This document shows, in pieces, positions 15,387 to 23,052 of a DNA stretch of 64,000 nucleotides (its first letter is position 1; every line of letters begins with the position of its first letter). The notes under the pieces were generated by a model. The model was not told the DNA's origin, did no database searches, and saw nothing but the letters and a program-made list of their open reading frames with translations. Origin of the DNA: a virus; the IMG/VR virus record IMGVR_UViG_3300010885_010784, positions 6,081 through 70,080 of that record. The stretch is one strand, 5' to 3'. The position numbers and the translations under genes are program-made.

Positions 15387-15708
15387 TTATAAGCCATTCT
15401 AATATGTGTGGGTTGTCTTTTAACACCCCTAAAAGATTGTTTTCATAAAGACCAATAAAGTAATGTTCCCAGGAATCAAAATCGTCTTTCTTCCTAGGCT
15501 TTGGCAGTAGGTCATTGTTAAAACGAATAGCGTGAAGAATCTCGTGTAGAAGAGTTACCTGCTTTTTGCTTGTTGCAATGTCTGAGTCAAGCACAATAAT
15601 ATTTCCATTATCCAGTGTGTATCCATAACTGCCATCATTCAGCATACCGTCAGTTTGTTTTGAACGTTCTTCGACAACGTAGTTTTGTGCACCAATTTTG
15701 ATAATCAT
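15370..15708 (-). CDS. HExxH metallopeptidase (ImmA/IrrE-like)
   Basis: TLLHEILHAI; start MIIKIG after RBS AGGAG. Confidence 0.75.
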   Translation of the reverse strand: MIIKIGAQNYVVEERSKQTDGMLNDGSYGYTLDNGNIIVLDSDIATSKKQVTLLHEILHAIRFNNDLLPKPRKKDDFDSWEHYFIGLYENNLLGVLKDNPHILEWLINDEEF

Positions 15709-15843
15709 TATGCTCCTATAATTGTTTTGACTAATAAGATAACTGTGTTTAAGAACAGTATAAAGACTGTCCATTTAGGTAGGTACATAGTTTCCTTTGT
15801 TTGATATCTCTATTTTACAGCAAAAGGCTGTGTTTGTCAAGAC

Positions 15844-17085
15844 CTATTTGCCTCTAAGTGTGCCTAGTTTGTGTCCAACTAGTGTGTCTGTTGGCTTACC
15901 GTCACGGTATACCCTAATGACTGCAGCAGGAGCATCTGGTGTTCCTGTTACTGTAAAGTCTGAGTTAGGTACGTTGTACTTACCATCTCTAATAATTCTA
16001 ACAATCTTACCTGTTGCTGTACCGCCAGAAGAATTCCAGGAGACCATGCTACCAACACCCACAGCCTTAGACAGTTGTCCTTGGTCTGAATAATCTTTAC
16101 CAAAATCAGCAAACAATGCTTTGTCTGCTTCTCTAGTTGCAATGCCACGACTCCAAGAGAATCCAGCGTCACCGCCCCAAGCGTCCCACATAATTCTACC
16201 GTTGCTTGGGTTGCTTGTATTGTTAAAGTCCTTACCCTTTTTGTCTACCTCGTGGCGTGAGAAGAATGAGTACATACGCTTTACAACGCTTAGTGACATT
16301 GAGCGACCTGCCACAATGTCTCTTGCTCTACCCCAGCCAACCGCAGTTCCTGCACCTGTAGCCTTGCCTTCTTCTTTCCAGCGGATAGCACGAGCAGCAG
16401 CAGACTTCATACCAGCAGTTGGACTGTAGCCTTCTGCCTTTTCTACGCCCTCGTACTCCATCTCGTCTTCGTCTTCCATGTGATGGTCTTCCAAAGACTC
16501 AAGTTTCTCTGCGTCCTGATACATCATGCCGATGCTGTATGCAGTTGGTTCCCAGACACCATCTTCTTCTTCGTAAACTCTAACAGCCATTGCTGGATTC
16601 TCTGGTGGCATTGACTGAATGGCATACTCTGTTCCAGGAACACCGTAGACACCACCCTCAGTCATAATGTGCTCTACCATTCCGTGGACCATTCCCTCTG
16701 TGGTCATGCCCATTACATAATCGCCTTCAACAATTTTGTCTGCCTTATACATGGCACTGATTGATGTTCCCCCAGATGATACAGCACCAGAAGAGTCTCC
16801 ACCATTGCCACCCTGCAACTTAGGCTTACGAAGTTTAACTTTCTTTCCCCCACGCATAGAGGTTGGAGTCTTCACACCAACGTTTGGGTATTTTGGATTT
16901 GCCGTTGACGATGGATTAACACTGTTAGGACCATCAGCCTTGTCTGCTTCTGCGGCATAAAGAGCCTGAACCTGTGCGGTCGCTTCTGCTTCCGTCTTGT
17001 GGCAGCCCATGACTTCGCCGCCTTCTTTTACTACTGGATACCCTGAGCATCCGTTTGAACCTAGTGAACCTACTGCGTATGGCAT
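15844..17085 (-). CDS. multi-module, probably head-associated protein with C-terminal Tudor-like (DUF2945-like) domain
   Basis: MPY...GCH.T..EA..Q..ALY module; KRMYSFFSRH...WDAWGGDAG module; VGSMVSWNSSGGTATGKI module. Confidence 0.7.
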   Translation of the reverse strand: MPYAVGSLGSNGCSGYPVVKEGGEVMGCHKTEAEATAQVQALYAAEADKADGPNSVNPSSTANPKYPNVGVKTPTSMRGGKKVKLRKPKLQGGNGGDSSGAVSSGGTSISAMYKADKIVEGDYVMGMTTEGMVHGMVEHIMTEGGVYGVPGTEYAIQSMPPENPAMAVRVYEEEDGVWEPTAYSIGMMYQDAEKLESLEDHHMEDEDEMEYEGVEKAEGYSPTAGMKSAAARAIRWKEEGKATGAGTAVGWGRARDIVAGRSMSLSVVKRMYSFFSRHEVDKKGKDFNNTSNPSNGRIMWDAWGGDAGFSWSRGIATREADKALFADFGKDYSDQGQLSKAVGVGSMVSWNSSGGTATGKIVRIIRDGKYNVPNSDFTVTGTPDAPAAVIRVYRDGKPTDTLVGHKLGTLRGK

Positions 17086-17549
17086 TAGTCTTCCATCTCC
17101 ACTTCTGTTTCTGGCTCTTCCATGCTTGCACGGAGTTGCCAGCAAAACTTTTGTGATGCAGTCTGGCGGTCAGCAAAGAAGTTTGCTAGTCCATACTGCT
17201 TGGCTTCATTAGCCAGGTCGCTTGCTACGACCAAGGCTTCAATGTGTAATTCAATTGACTCGTAGAGGTCAGCAACCATTGGCTCTGGCTCTCCAACAAT
17301 GATTGGCTCTGATACAGTTGACATGTCAAAGAAGTCTGTTAGTCTGTATGGGGCATAAGCCTTGAGCATACGAAGCCACTCTGCGTATTCGTCTGTAGCC
17401 TCGTCATAGTCTTCATAAATCTCTCTAAAGAATTCGTGAAACTGTTTGAAATCATCGGACTCCACGTTCCAGTGGTAGCCATGTGCTTTAAATTTAAGGG
17501 CAATGTTATCTGCTAGTAGCAGTCTCAATGCGGATAGTAGTTGTTCCAT
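17085..17549 (-). CDS. dps: Dps / ferritin-like protein
   Basis: HGYHWNV..F..FHEFF..IYE....DE.AE ferroxidase signature; leaderless. Confidence 0.9.
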   Translation of the reverse strand: MEQLLSALRLLLADNIALKFKAHGYHWNVESDDFKQFHEFFREIYEDYDEATDEYAEWLRMLKAYAPYRLTDFFDMSTVSEPIIVGEPEPMVADLYESIELHIEALVVASDLANEAKQYGLANFFADRQTASQKFCWQLRASMEEPETEVEMED

Positions 17550-17578
17550 TGTTTTATTATACCATATCTATTGGTGAT

Positions 17579-17605
17579 GGGCAGTTTGAAATCATACCCA
17601 GGATT
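17579..17605 (-). ncRNA. conserved pseudoknot element, copy 5
   Basis: AATC-CTGGGTAT-GATT-TCAAAC-TGCCC; compensatory GAG/CTC to GGG/CCC change. Confidence 0.7.
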
Positions 17606-17611
17606 GCTAGA

Positions 17612-17875
17612 CTACTTCTTTGTGGTAGTCTTTTTGACTGGAGCCTTCTTAGGCGTAGCCTTTGATAGTGCTTCCTGAACTTCCTCAACCTTTGGAGTAA
17701 TTCCAAAAGCCTTGTCGTTAGGATTGATGTAGCGAATTGCTACAGGCAGTACAGCAGCGACCAGAGACCATCCAAGGTCTAGTGGGTCAGTTACTCCTGC
17801 TAGGTAAAGGGCTGAAGCAGCAGATAGGACTGAGCGTCCGTATGATGCTAGGATTGCCTTTAGTTGTGCGTTCAT
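17612..17875 (-). CDS. holin-like membrane protein
   Basis: Two hydrophobic segments, RYINPNDKAFG and basic C-tail. Confidence 0.6.
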   Translation of the reverse strand: MNAQLKAILASYGRSVLSAASALYLAGVTDPLDLGWSLVAAVLPVAIRYINPNDKAFGITPKVEEVQEALSKATPKKAPVKKTTTKK

Positions 17876-17894
17876 TTTTTCTCCTTGTTAATGC

Positions 17895-18335
17895 CTAGTT
17901 ATTAGGCGTTTGGTTTTCCTTTGGCAATACTTCTTTTAGTTTGTCGTATGCCTCGGAAATTTTCTTTAGTGCATTTGTGTGAGCGTTCTCGCCAAGGACT
18001 TGTCCAAAGGAATTAGCCCACTCAATTGGTGGTGTTACAGCATTGTCAAATTCAGACAGGGCTGTTTGCACCTCTTCGATGTACTGGAATGCCCAGTCAC
18101 GAGAGTCTGACACAAACTTCAGGAATCCGTCAGTCTGTTCCAGTTTAGCGTTTTCGATATCCTGATATAGTTCTTCCACCTTTTTTTGCAAAAGCATTCT
18201 GTCTGCCATCTCTTGCATGTATAGTTCAGACAATGCTTTAAACAATGTCTTTGTTCTAAAGAATCTATAAACAAGATAAATAATGATTGTTGTTAGTAGC
18301 CCAACAACTATAGCGTCAATCCAAGATGGAATCAT
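17895..18335 (-). CDS. N-anchored membrane/coiled-coil protein
   Basis: N-terminal TM; FLKFVSDSRDWAFQYIEEVQ. Confidence 0.75.
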   Translation of the reverse strand: MIPSWIDAIVVGLLTTIIIYLVYRFFRTKTLFKALSELYMQEMADRMLLQKKVEELYQDIENAKLEQTDGFLKFVSDSRDWAFQYIEEVQTALSEFDNAVTPPIEWANSFGQVLGENAHTNALKKISEAYDKLKEVLPKENQTPNN

Positions 18336-18340
18336 TTACA

Positions 18341-18574
18341 TCAGTCCTTCAACGCTTCACGAACAATGTAAACAATAGCACCTTGTTCTTCCAATACTTT
18401 CTTTACATCTTTAATGTATTGAATAGCATCTTCTACTTGGTGGTCAAGAAGACTTTCGATGTCTTCTGGGTCAATCTGAACAGTCAGAAAGTCATTAGCA
18501 TCTAGGATAGTTACACCAAAGTTTTCTGGTGGTGTAAGTGCCTTGAATGCCGTTGCCATTTCAACAGTATACAT
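18341..18574 (-). CDS. hypothetical protein
   Basis: 77 aa, in operon. Confidence 0.75.
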   Translation of the reverse strand: MYTVEMATAFKALTPPENFGVTILDANDFLTVQIDPEDIESLLDHQVEDAIQYIKDVKKVLEEQGAIVYIVREALKD

Positions 18575-18575
18575 T

Positions 18576-18866
18576 TTATTCCTTATCTATTGTTAGGTCA
18601 GACCAGGTTTTAGCCCAGGCTTCTTTTGTTTTGTGTCTATTAAATTCTCTAGATATCTTTCCGTTATCTAGATACACTCCGCCCCATACCCCCACCTGTT
18701 TGGTTGATACACCAACTGCAAAACATTGACGCATCACAGGGCAGGTGGAGCAGAATTCGTCCACGTCGCTTCTTAGTTCGACATCTTCTTCGTACTTGTC
18801 AAAGAAAAGATTGGTGTCCCAGCCGTCACACTTGGCAGAATCTCTCCAGTTTTTATCATCGGACAT
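18576..18866 (-). CDS. whiB: WhiB-family transcription factor
   Basis: W...AKC, LFF, CxxCPV..QC and GVWGG motifs. Confidence 0.92.
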   Translation of the reverse strand: MSDDKNWRDSAKCDGWDTNLFFDKYEEDVELRSDVDEFCSTCPVMRQCFAVGVSTKQVGVWGGVYLDNGKISREFNRHKTKEAWAKTWSDLTIDKE

Positions 18867-19077
18867 TCTTCTTCACCAATTTAGTTGGGATGTCCCAACC
18901 GCTTTCGGTAATATCAAAACGATTGACTGTGTGCCACTCGTGCTTGATAAACTGGGCGTTAGGCTGCATCCATGCTGTTGGCGACTTCTTCGCCTCTAGC
19001 ACAGTCCAACCGTCCCACGACAAAGACTCATTGTTATCTACAATGGTCTCCATTTCTTCTAGTGATTTAATTAACAT
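18856..19077 (-). CDS. hypothetical protein
   Basis: MLIKSLEEMETIV...LSWDGWTV. Confidence 0.75.
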   Translation of the reverse strand: MLIKSLEEMETIVDNNESLSWDGWTVLEAKKSPTAWMQPNAQFIKHEWHTVNRFDITESGWDIPTKLVKKNVR

Positions 19078-19090
19078 AATCACCTCTCTC

Positions 19091-19441
19091 TTAGTAGCGA
19101 TAAACGCCAACTTCGATGCTCTTCGCTTCCGCTATGGAAACAAGGTCTGACAAAGATTCTTTAGGCTTGCTAAAGAATAAAAAATAATTAATAGAATTAA
19201 TATTGTCACGAATCCATGAAGGCGGAACCTTGACTAACTTAATCTTGACACCATGTGCCTTAAGGCTACGCTCGGATATGTTTGCAAACTCTAACGCAAA
19301 TTGGTTAATGTTAACAGGACCAGCAGACATGATAGTGAACTCCTTATCATCTTCTGGTCTGTCACGCAAAGCGTTTCCGATACCACGCAGAAATACTGCG
19401 TAGTCAGTGAAACCTTTAGTTCCCTGAATCCCTACTATCAT
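19091..19441 (-). CDS. SLOG/YspA-like protein
   Basis: MIVGIQGTKGFTDY start resembles DUF2493/YspA-type Rossmannoid domains. Confidence 0.55.
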   Translation of the reverse strand: MIVGIQGTKGFTDYAVFLRGIGNALRDRPEDDKEFTIMSAGPVNINQFALEFANISERSLKAHGVKIKLVKVPPSWIRDNINSINYFLFFSKPKESLSDLVSIAEAKSIEVGVYRY

Positions 19442-19829
19442 TTGATAGTCCTTCCGTTAATCGTTCGACAACAAATATCATCTTGTCTAATTCTACCTTA
19501 TCAATGGTAGTCATGTCAACTGTTTTTTTATTTTCCTGGTCAACTCTACCGTTCTCAAATTTAGAAGTGTAAACTCTATTATCTTCAATCCAATATGCAT
19601 CATCACCAATAAAAAATATACGAGTATACTGAGACTGGTTGTGCTTTGCTGATTGAGACACTGTTGGCTTACGCTCTGGCATTGGCATAAAATCTGCTGT
19701 CAGTTCATATTGACGACTCTGACTAAAGTTTGTCTTAGCAGACTTAATGTTATTTTTAGGATGATTAACTAGTTTTGCAACAATATACATTGTTATTAAG
19801 GTTACTATTGAACCTGCAAAATATTCCAT
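19416..19829 (-). CDS. N-anchored hypothetical protein
   Basis: 137 aa with N-terminal hydrophobic helix. Confidence 0.7.
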   Translation of the reverse strand: MEYFAGSIVTLITMYIVAKLVNHPKNNIKSAKTNFSQSRQYELTADFMPMPERKPTVSQSAKHNQSQYTRIFFIGDDAYWIEDNRVYTSKFENGRVDQENKKTVDMTTIDKVELDKMIFVVERLTEGLSNDSRDSGN

Positions 19830-19851
19830 TTAATCACCTACAACTATTATA

Positions 19852-20772
19852 CTAGATTGTTGCATCAAAAGCAAGCCAGTTTTGCTTTGCTTTGTCCCAG
19901 GTAAAGTTGTCATGGATATCCTGTACCTGCCGTGTATAGTCGTATCCATGTTCTTTAATCATTTTAATAGCCTTGGTTAGTTCTTCAGCGTATCTTTCTG
20001 GCGTTAGTTCGTCAGACGGAATCATTTTTCCATGCCCCATAGAAGTTTCTGGCAATGCCCCCAAGTCTGTGTGGACTGTGTAGCATCCAGCAGACAGTGC
20101 TTCCATCTGAGTAAGACAAGAAGTTTCTGGATAGATAGATGGGTAGGCGTGTATGTGTGCATCTGCAAAAAACTTGTAGACGATTTTGCGTGGAGTTTTT
20201 CCATAGAAGTTTACTCGTGGGTCATTGACAGCATCTAAAGGATATGAGTGTGGCAAATCTGGATAAAAATCATTAAAGATATTAAGTTCAAAGTCTTCTT
20301 CAATTAGTGGAACTGCTTTTAGCAAAATCTCCATACCACGGTGAGAGGTAGAGGCATGAATAAGTTTAACCTTATTAATATTATTAAACTTGCCTGGTGT
20401 TGGTGTGACTGGCTCAATTGCATTTGGGATTACATAAATTTGATTTAGGTTCATGTTTAACTCTTTTGAAAGAACTCCCTTTTCATATTCAGAGACTGCG
20501 ATGATACGCTCAGTTGCTTTACGAACCAAGTGATTGTTTAGTACTCGTGTAACAGTACCTACAAATTGACTGACATTGTTATGAAGCCAAAAGATATATC
20601 TTGTACCATCAGCACCTATGGTTTGTAAGTCTGGTAGGTGTCCAGGAATAATTACGTTAGTATACTTTTGAATGTTAGTCATGTGTGGCAGAATATTTTT
20701 CATAAATCCTCTAGCCATTGTTTCTGTACCACCAAAGTGGTCTTCACTATACTTAAAAATTGGATGTGCCAT
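19852..20772 (-). CDS. GT-B fold glycosyltransferase (family 4-like)
   Basis: GGTE, VIPNAI, RGMEILL and YPS..PETSCLTQMEALSAG motifs. Confidence 0.9.
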   Translation of the reverse strand: MAHPIFKYSEDHFGGTETMARGFMKNILPHMTNIQKYTNVIIPGHLPDLQTIGADGTRYIFWLHNNVSQFVGTVTRVLNNHLVRKATERIIAVSEYEKGVLSKELNMNLNQIYVIPNAIEPVTPTPGKFNNINKVKLIHASTSHRGMEILLKAVPLIEEDFELNIFNDFYPDLPHSYPLDAVNDPRVNFYGKTPRKIVYKFFADAHIHAYPSIYPETSCLTQMEALSAGCYTVHTDLGALPETSMGHGKMIPSDELTPERYAEELTKAIKMIKEHGYDYTRQVQDIHDNFTWDKAKQNWLAFDATI

Positions 20773-21002
20773 TAGTCCTCGCCCTGAAGTCTATTCTCAA
20801 TAAGTTTGTCTCGTTCATCAATTGTCTCAAAAGCAAATGATTCTAGTTTGTCTTGGTGTCGATTGTAGTGGTGTCCACAGAAATCAAGGGAGCCTGAAAC
20901 TCCTGTTACACGCACATATGCTTGTGCTCCACAATAGTCGCACCTATCCATTGCAGTTAGTTGCCACTCTTTTACTGGTGCATCTATAAGTTGTTCTGTC
21001 AT
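20772..21002 (-). CDS. small zinc-binding protein of a conserved actinobacterial type
   Basis: LTAMDRCDYCGAQAYV...LDFCGHH. Confidence 0.75.
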   Translation of the reverse strand: MTEQLIDAPVKEWQLTAMDRCDYCGAQAYVRVTGVSGSLDFCGHHYNRHQDKLESFAFETIDERDKLIENRLQGED

Positions 21003-21178
21003 TACTTATCCGTTCTGTAGAATCCACTACCCCTGAAAGTTACTGCTCCTACTGAGTATACCTTAGTTAGAGCAATTTTGCAAGTCTCGCATTCATATCC
21101 AGGGTCAGTGTCATTAACACCCCTAGTGACTACTAGTCTTACGTCACATTCTGGACATTTATATTCATATGATGGCAT
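21002..21178 (-). CDS. FmdB-family zinc-ribbon protein (58 aa)
   Basis: MPSYEYKCPEC...CETC...FRGSGFYRTD; not in ORF track. Confidence 0.85.
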   Translation of the reverse strand: MPSYEYKCPECDVRLVVTRGVNDTDPGYECETCKIALTKVYSVGAVTFRGSGFYRTDK

Positions 21179-21191
21179 TTTATCCCCTTAT

Positions 21192-21236
21192 AAAAATGTG
21201 CGTGGTAACCACACAATATGATTACCACGACACATA
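21192..21236 (-). terminator. intrinsic terminator after endolysin
   Basis: GTCGTGGTAATC/GGTTACCACGCAC hairpin followed by T5. Confidence 0.7.
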
Positions 21237-21241
21237 ATTAG

Positions 21242-21967
21242 TTATTCTGCTTTTGGAGCAACCTTTGATGCAACAACAACTGGCTTTGTTACAGCAAGCG
21301 TTGGAGCAGTCTTTGGATTTGTTACTGGTTTTGGTGCTACAGCCTTTGGTGCAGCAGGTGTCTTTACAACCTTTGCTTCTGTTGGATTAGCAACAGTTGG
21401 AACGTCAGGTAGTGAGTGAGTTGGTGCAACAGTTACTGGAGCACTTTCTGGAGTAGCCTTGTGAGCCTCAGCCTCAGCCTTTTCAAAAGCAATAACTGCC
21501 TTGATAAAAGCCATAGGGTCGTAGTAACCCTTACCTGTGTCAAAGCCAGCAAGTGGCTGACCCTTAATGTGACCTGCCCAGATTTCCCAGTGTAGGTGCT
21601 TACCAGTTGCAAAACCAGTTTCACCCATCTTGCCAACAATTGTGCCAGCCTCAATCTTCTGACCAACCTTAACCTTAATTGAACCCTTAACCATGTGGAA
21701 GTAGGTCCATGTGACCTTCTTGCCCATTACAGTTGACTGAACAATAATTGAGTGACCACCAGATGTTGGTGAGTCGTTTGGCTTAACTGCAATTACCTTG
21801 CCGTCTGCCCATGCTTCTAGATAGGTGGTTTCTCCACCCTGCCAGATGTCAACACCGTTGTGGTGCTTCTTTACTTTCTTAATTGGGTGCATTCTCCAAC
21901 CGAATGGGGAAGTTACCTTCCAGGACTTGCCTGGGATTCCATCTACTGGATATTGTGATTTTGCCAT
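21242..21967 (-). CDS. M23-family peptidase, probable endolysin
   Basis: HNGVD, YFHM and TGKHLHWEI motifs; Pro/Ala/Lys-rich tail. Confidence 0.9.
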   Translation of the reverse strand: MAKSQYPVDGIPGKSWKVTSPFGWRMHPIKKVKKHHNGVDIWQGGETTYLEAWADGKVIAVKPNDSPTSGGHSIIVQSTVMGKKVTWTYFHMVKGSIKVKVGQKIEAGTIVGKMGETGFATGKHLHWEIWAGHIKGQPLAGFDTGKGYYDPMAFIKAVIAFEKAEAEAHKATPESAPVTVAPTHSLPDVPTVANPTEAKVVKTPAAPKAVAPKPVTNPKTAPTLAVTKPVVVASKVAPKAE

Positions 21968-22008
21968 ATAGCATCATCTCCTTCTATATTTGATTATATC
22001 ATAATCAG

Positions 22009-22080
22009 AGCCACCTAACGGATTCGAACCGTTGACCTCCATATTACAAGTATGGCACTCTACCGCTGAGTTAAGGTGGC
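22009..22080 (-). tRNA. tRNA-Thr(UGU)
   Basis: GCCACCT/AGGTGGC acceptor; CCATA-CTTGTAA-TATGG anticodon arm. Confidence 0.93.
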
Positions 22081-22084
22081 GAAG

Positions 22085-22158
22085 CGATTCCGATGGGACT
22101 TGAACCCACGACCTCTACCGTGACAGGGTAGCGTTCTAACCAACTGAACTACGAAATC
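22085..22158 (-). tRNA. tRNA-Asp(GUC)
   Basis: GATTTCG/CGGAATC acceptor; CTACC-CTGTCAC-GGTAG anticodon arm. Confidence 0.93.
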
Positions 22159-22259
22159 AAATGTTCCTTAAACAACCCAGATAGGAACAACATCTGTAAC
22201 AGTCTTTACTAGTATACCGTTAAAGCCATCTATGCTTTCACATACCGCTTGGTCTTGTG

Positions 22260-22331
22260 CTGGTCACCCAGGACTCGAACCTGGAACATTTCGGTTAACA
22301 GCCGAACACTCTGCCATTGAGTTAGTGACCA
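22260..22331 (-). tRNA. tRNA-Asn(GUU)
   Basis: TGGTCAC/GTGACCA acceptor; TTCGG-CTGTTAA-CCGAA anticodon arm. Confidence 0.93.
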
Positions 22332-22346
22332 ATGCTTTCTTCATCA

Positions 22347-22375
22347 AGTATACCTGACGGAGAAAGACTTGTCAA
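22347..22375 (-). promoter_or_regulatory. promoter for tRNA cluster
   Basis: TTGACA-N17-TATACT. Confidence 0.8.
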
Positions 22376-22379
22376 GCAA

Positions 22380-22571
22380 TTAGATTAGGAACTTTGTGAC
22401 TGGAGCACATGGGTCTCCGCCTTCTTCCCATTCCTTTTCTTCTTCTTCTGTCATGTATGGGTCGCCATCATGTGTGTAGCAGAATGGTTCTGTAATCCAG
22501 CCTTTATCAATGCCGAACTGCATCCACTCCCAGACTTCTGTTTTGTCTGCAATGTTTTTCTTCTTGAACAT
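22380..22571 (-). CDS. hypothetical protein
   Basis: GIDKGWITEPFCYTHDG...WEEGGDPC; TTGACA-N17-TATAAT upstream (22628-22600). Confidence 0.75.
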   Translation of the reverse strand: MFKKKNIADKTEVWEWMQFGIDKGWITEPFCYTHDGDPYMTEEEEKEWEEGGDPCAPVTKFLI

Positions 22572-22636
22572 ATAAAAACCCTCTCTAGGTCATGTATCAA
22601 TTATACAGTACTAGAGAGGGCTTGTCAAGTATGTTT

Positions 22637-22873
22637 CTACTTCTCTGAAGGGATGTTGTCCACAAATGCACGGTCAATTTCGTCTTCTGTTAGTTCTCCA
22701 TCGTTTAGGTAACCACGAGCCAAGTCTTCTACAACATTGGCAACGCCCATGATACCAGCAAGGAGTGCTGCCTGTAGGACATCAATACCAATTGCTGCAC
22801 CAGCACCAACGGTTGCTAGGGCTGAGACCAAAAACAATGAGAGCATACGCTTTGCAATCTTTAAGTAATTCAT
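22637..22873 (-). CDS. small 2-TM membrane protein (holin-like)
   Basis: Two hydrophobic helices, then acidic DGELTEDEID tail. Confidence 0.7.
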   Translation of the reverse strand: MNYLKIAKRMLSLFLVSALATVGAGAAIGIDVLQAALLAGIMGVANVVEDLARGYLNDGELTEDEIDRAFVDNIPSEK

Positions 22874-23052
22874 TAATCTTCCTCCTTATCTTTTGGATTT
22901 CTGAGTGGGTAGGTAATCATCCATAGAACTGATGTTCCCATGATTGCCCAACCTACTACTTCTTTTGCTGAACCCTCAAGTACCAGCCATGCAACAAACA
23001 TACCAAGAAGTGTCCATGCCTGACCCAAAAGGTCATTTAAAAATTTCTTCAT
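22873..23052 (-). CDS. small 2-TM membrane protein (59 aa)
   Basis: MKKFLNDLLGQAWTLLGMFVAWLVLEGSAK...; TAATG coupling on both sides. Confidence 0.75.
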   Translation of the reverse strand: MKKFLNDLLGQAWTLLGMFVAWLVLEGSAKEVVGWAIMGTSVLWMITYPLRNPKDKEED

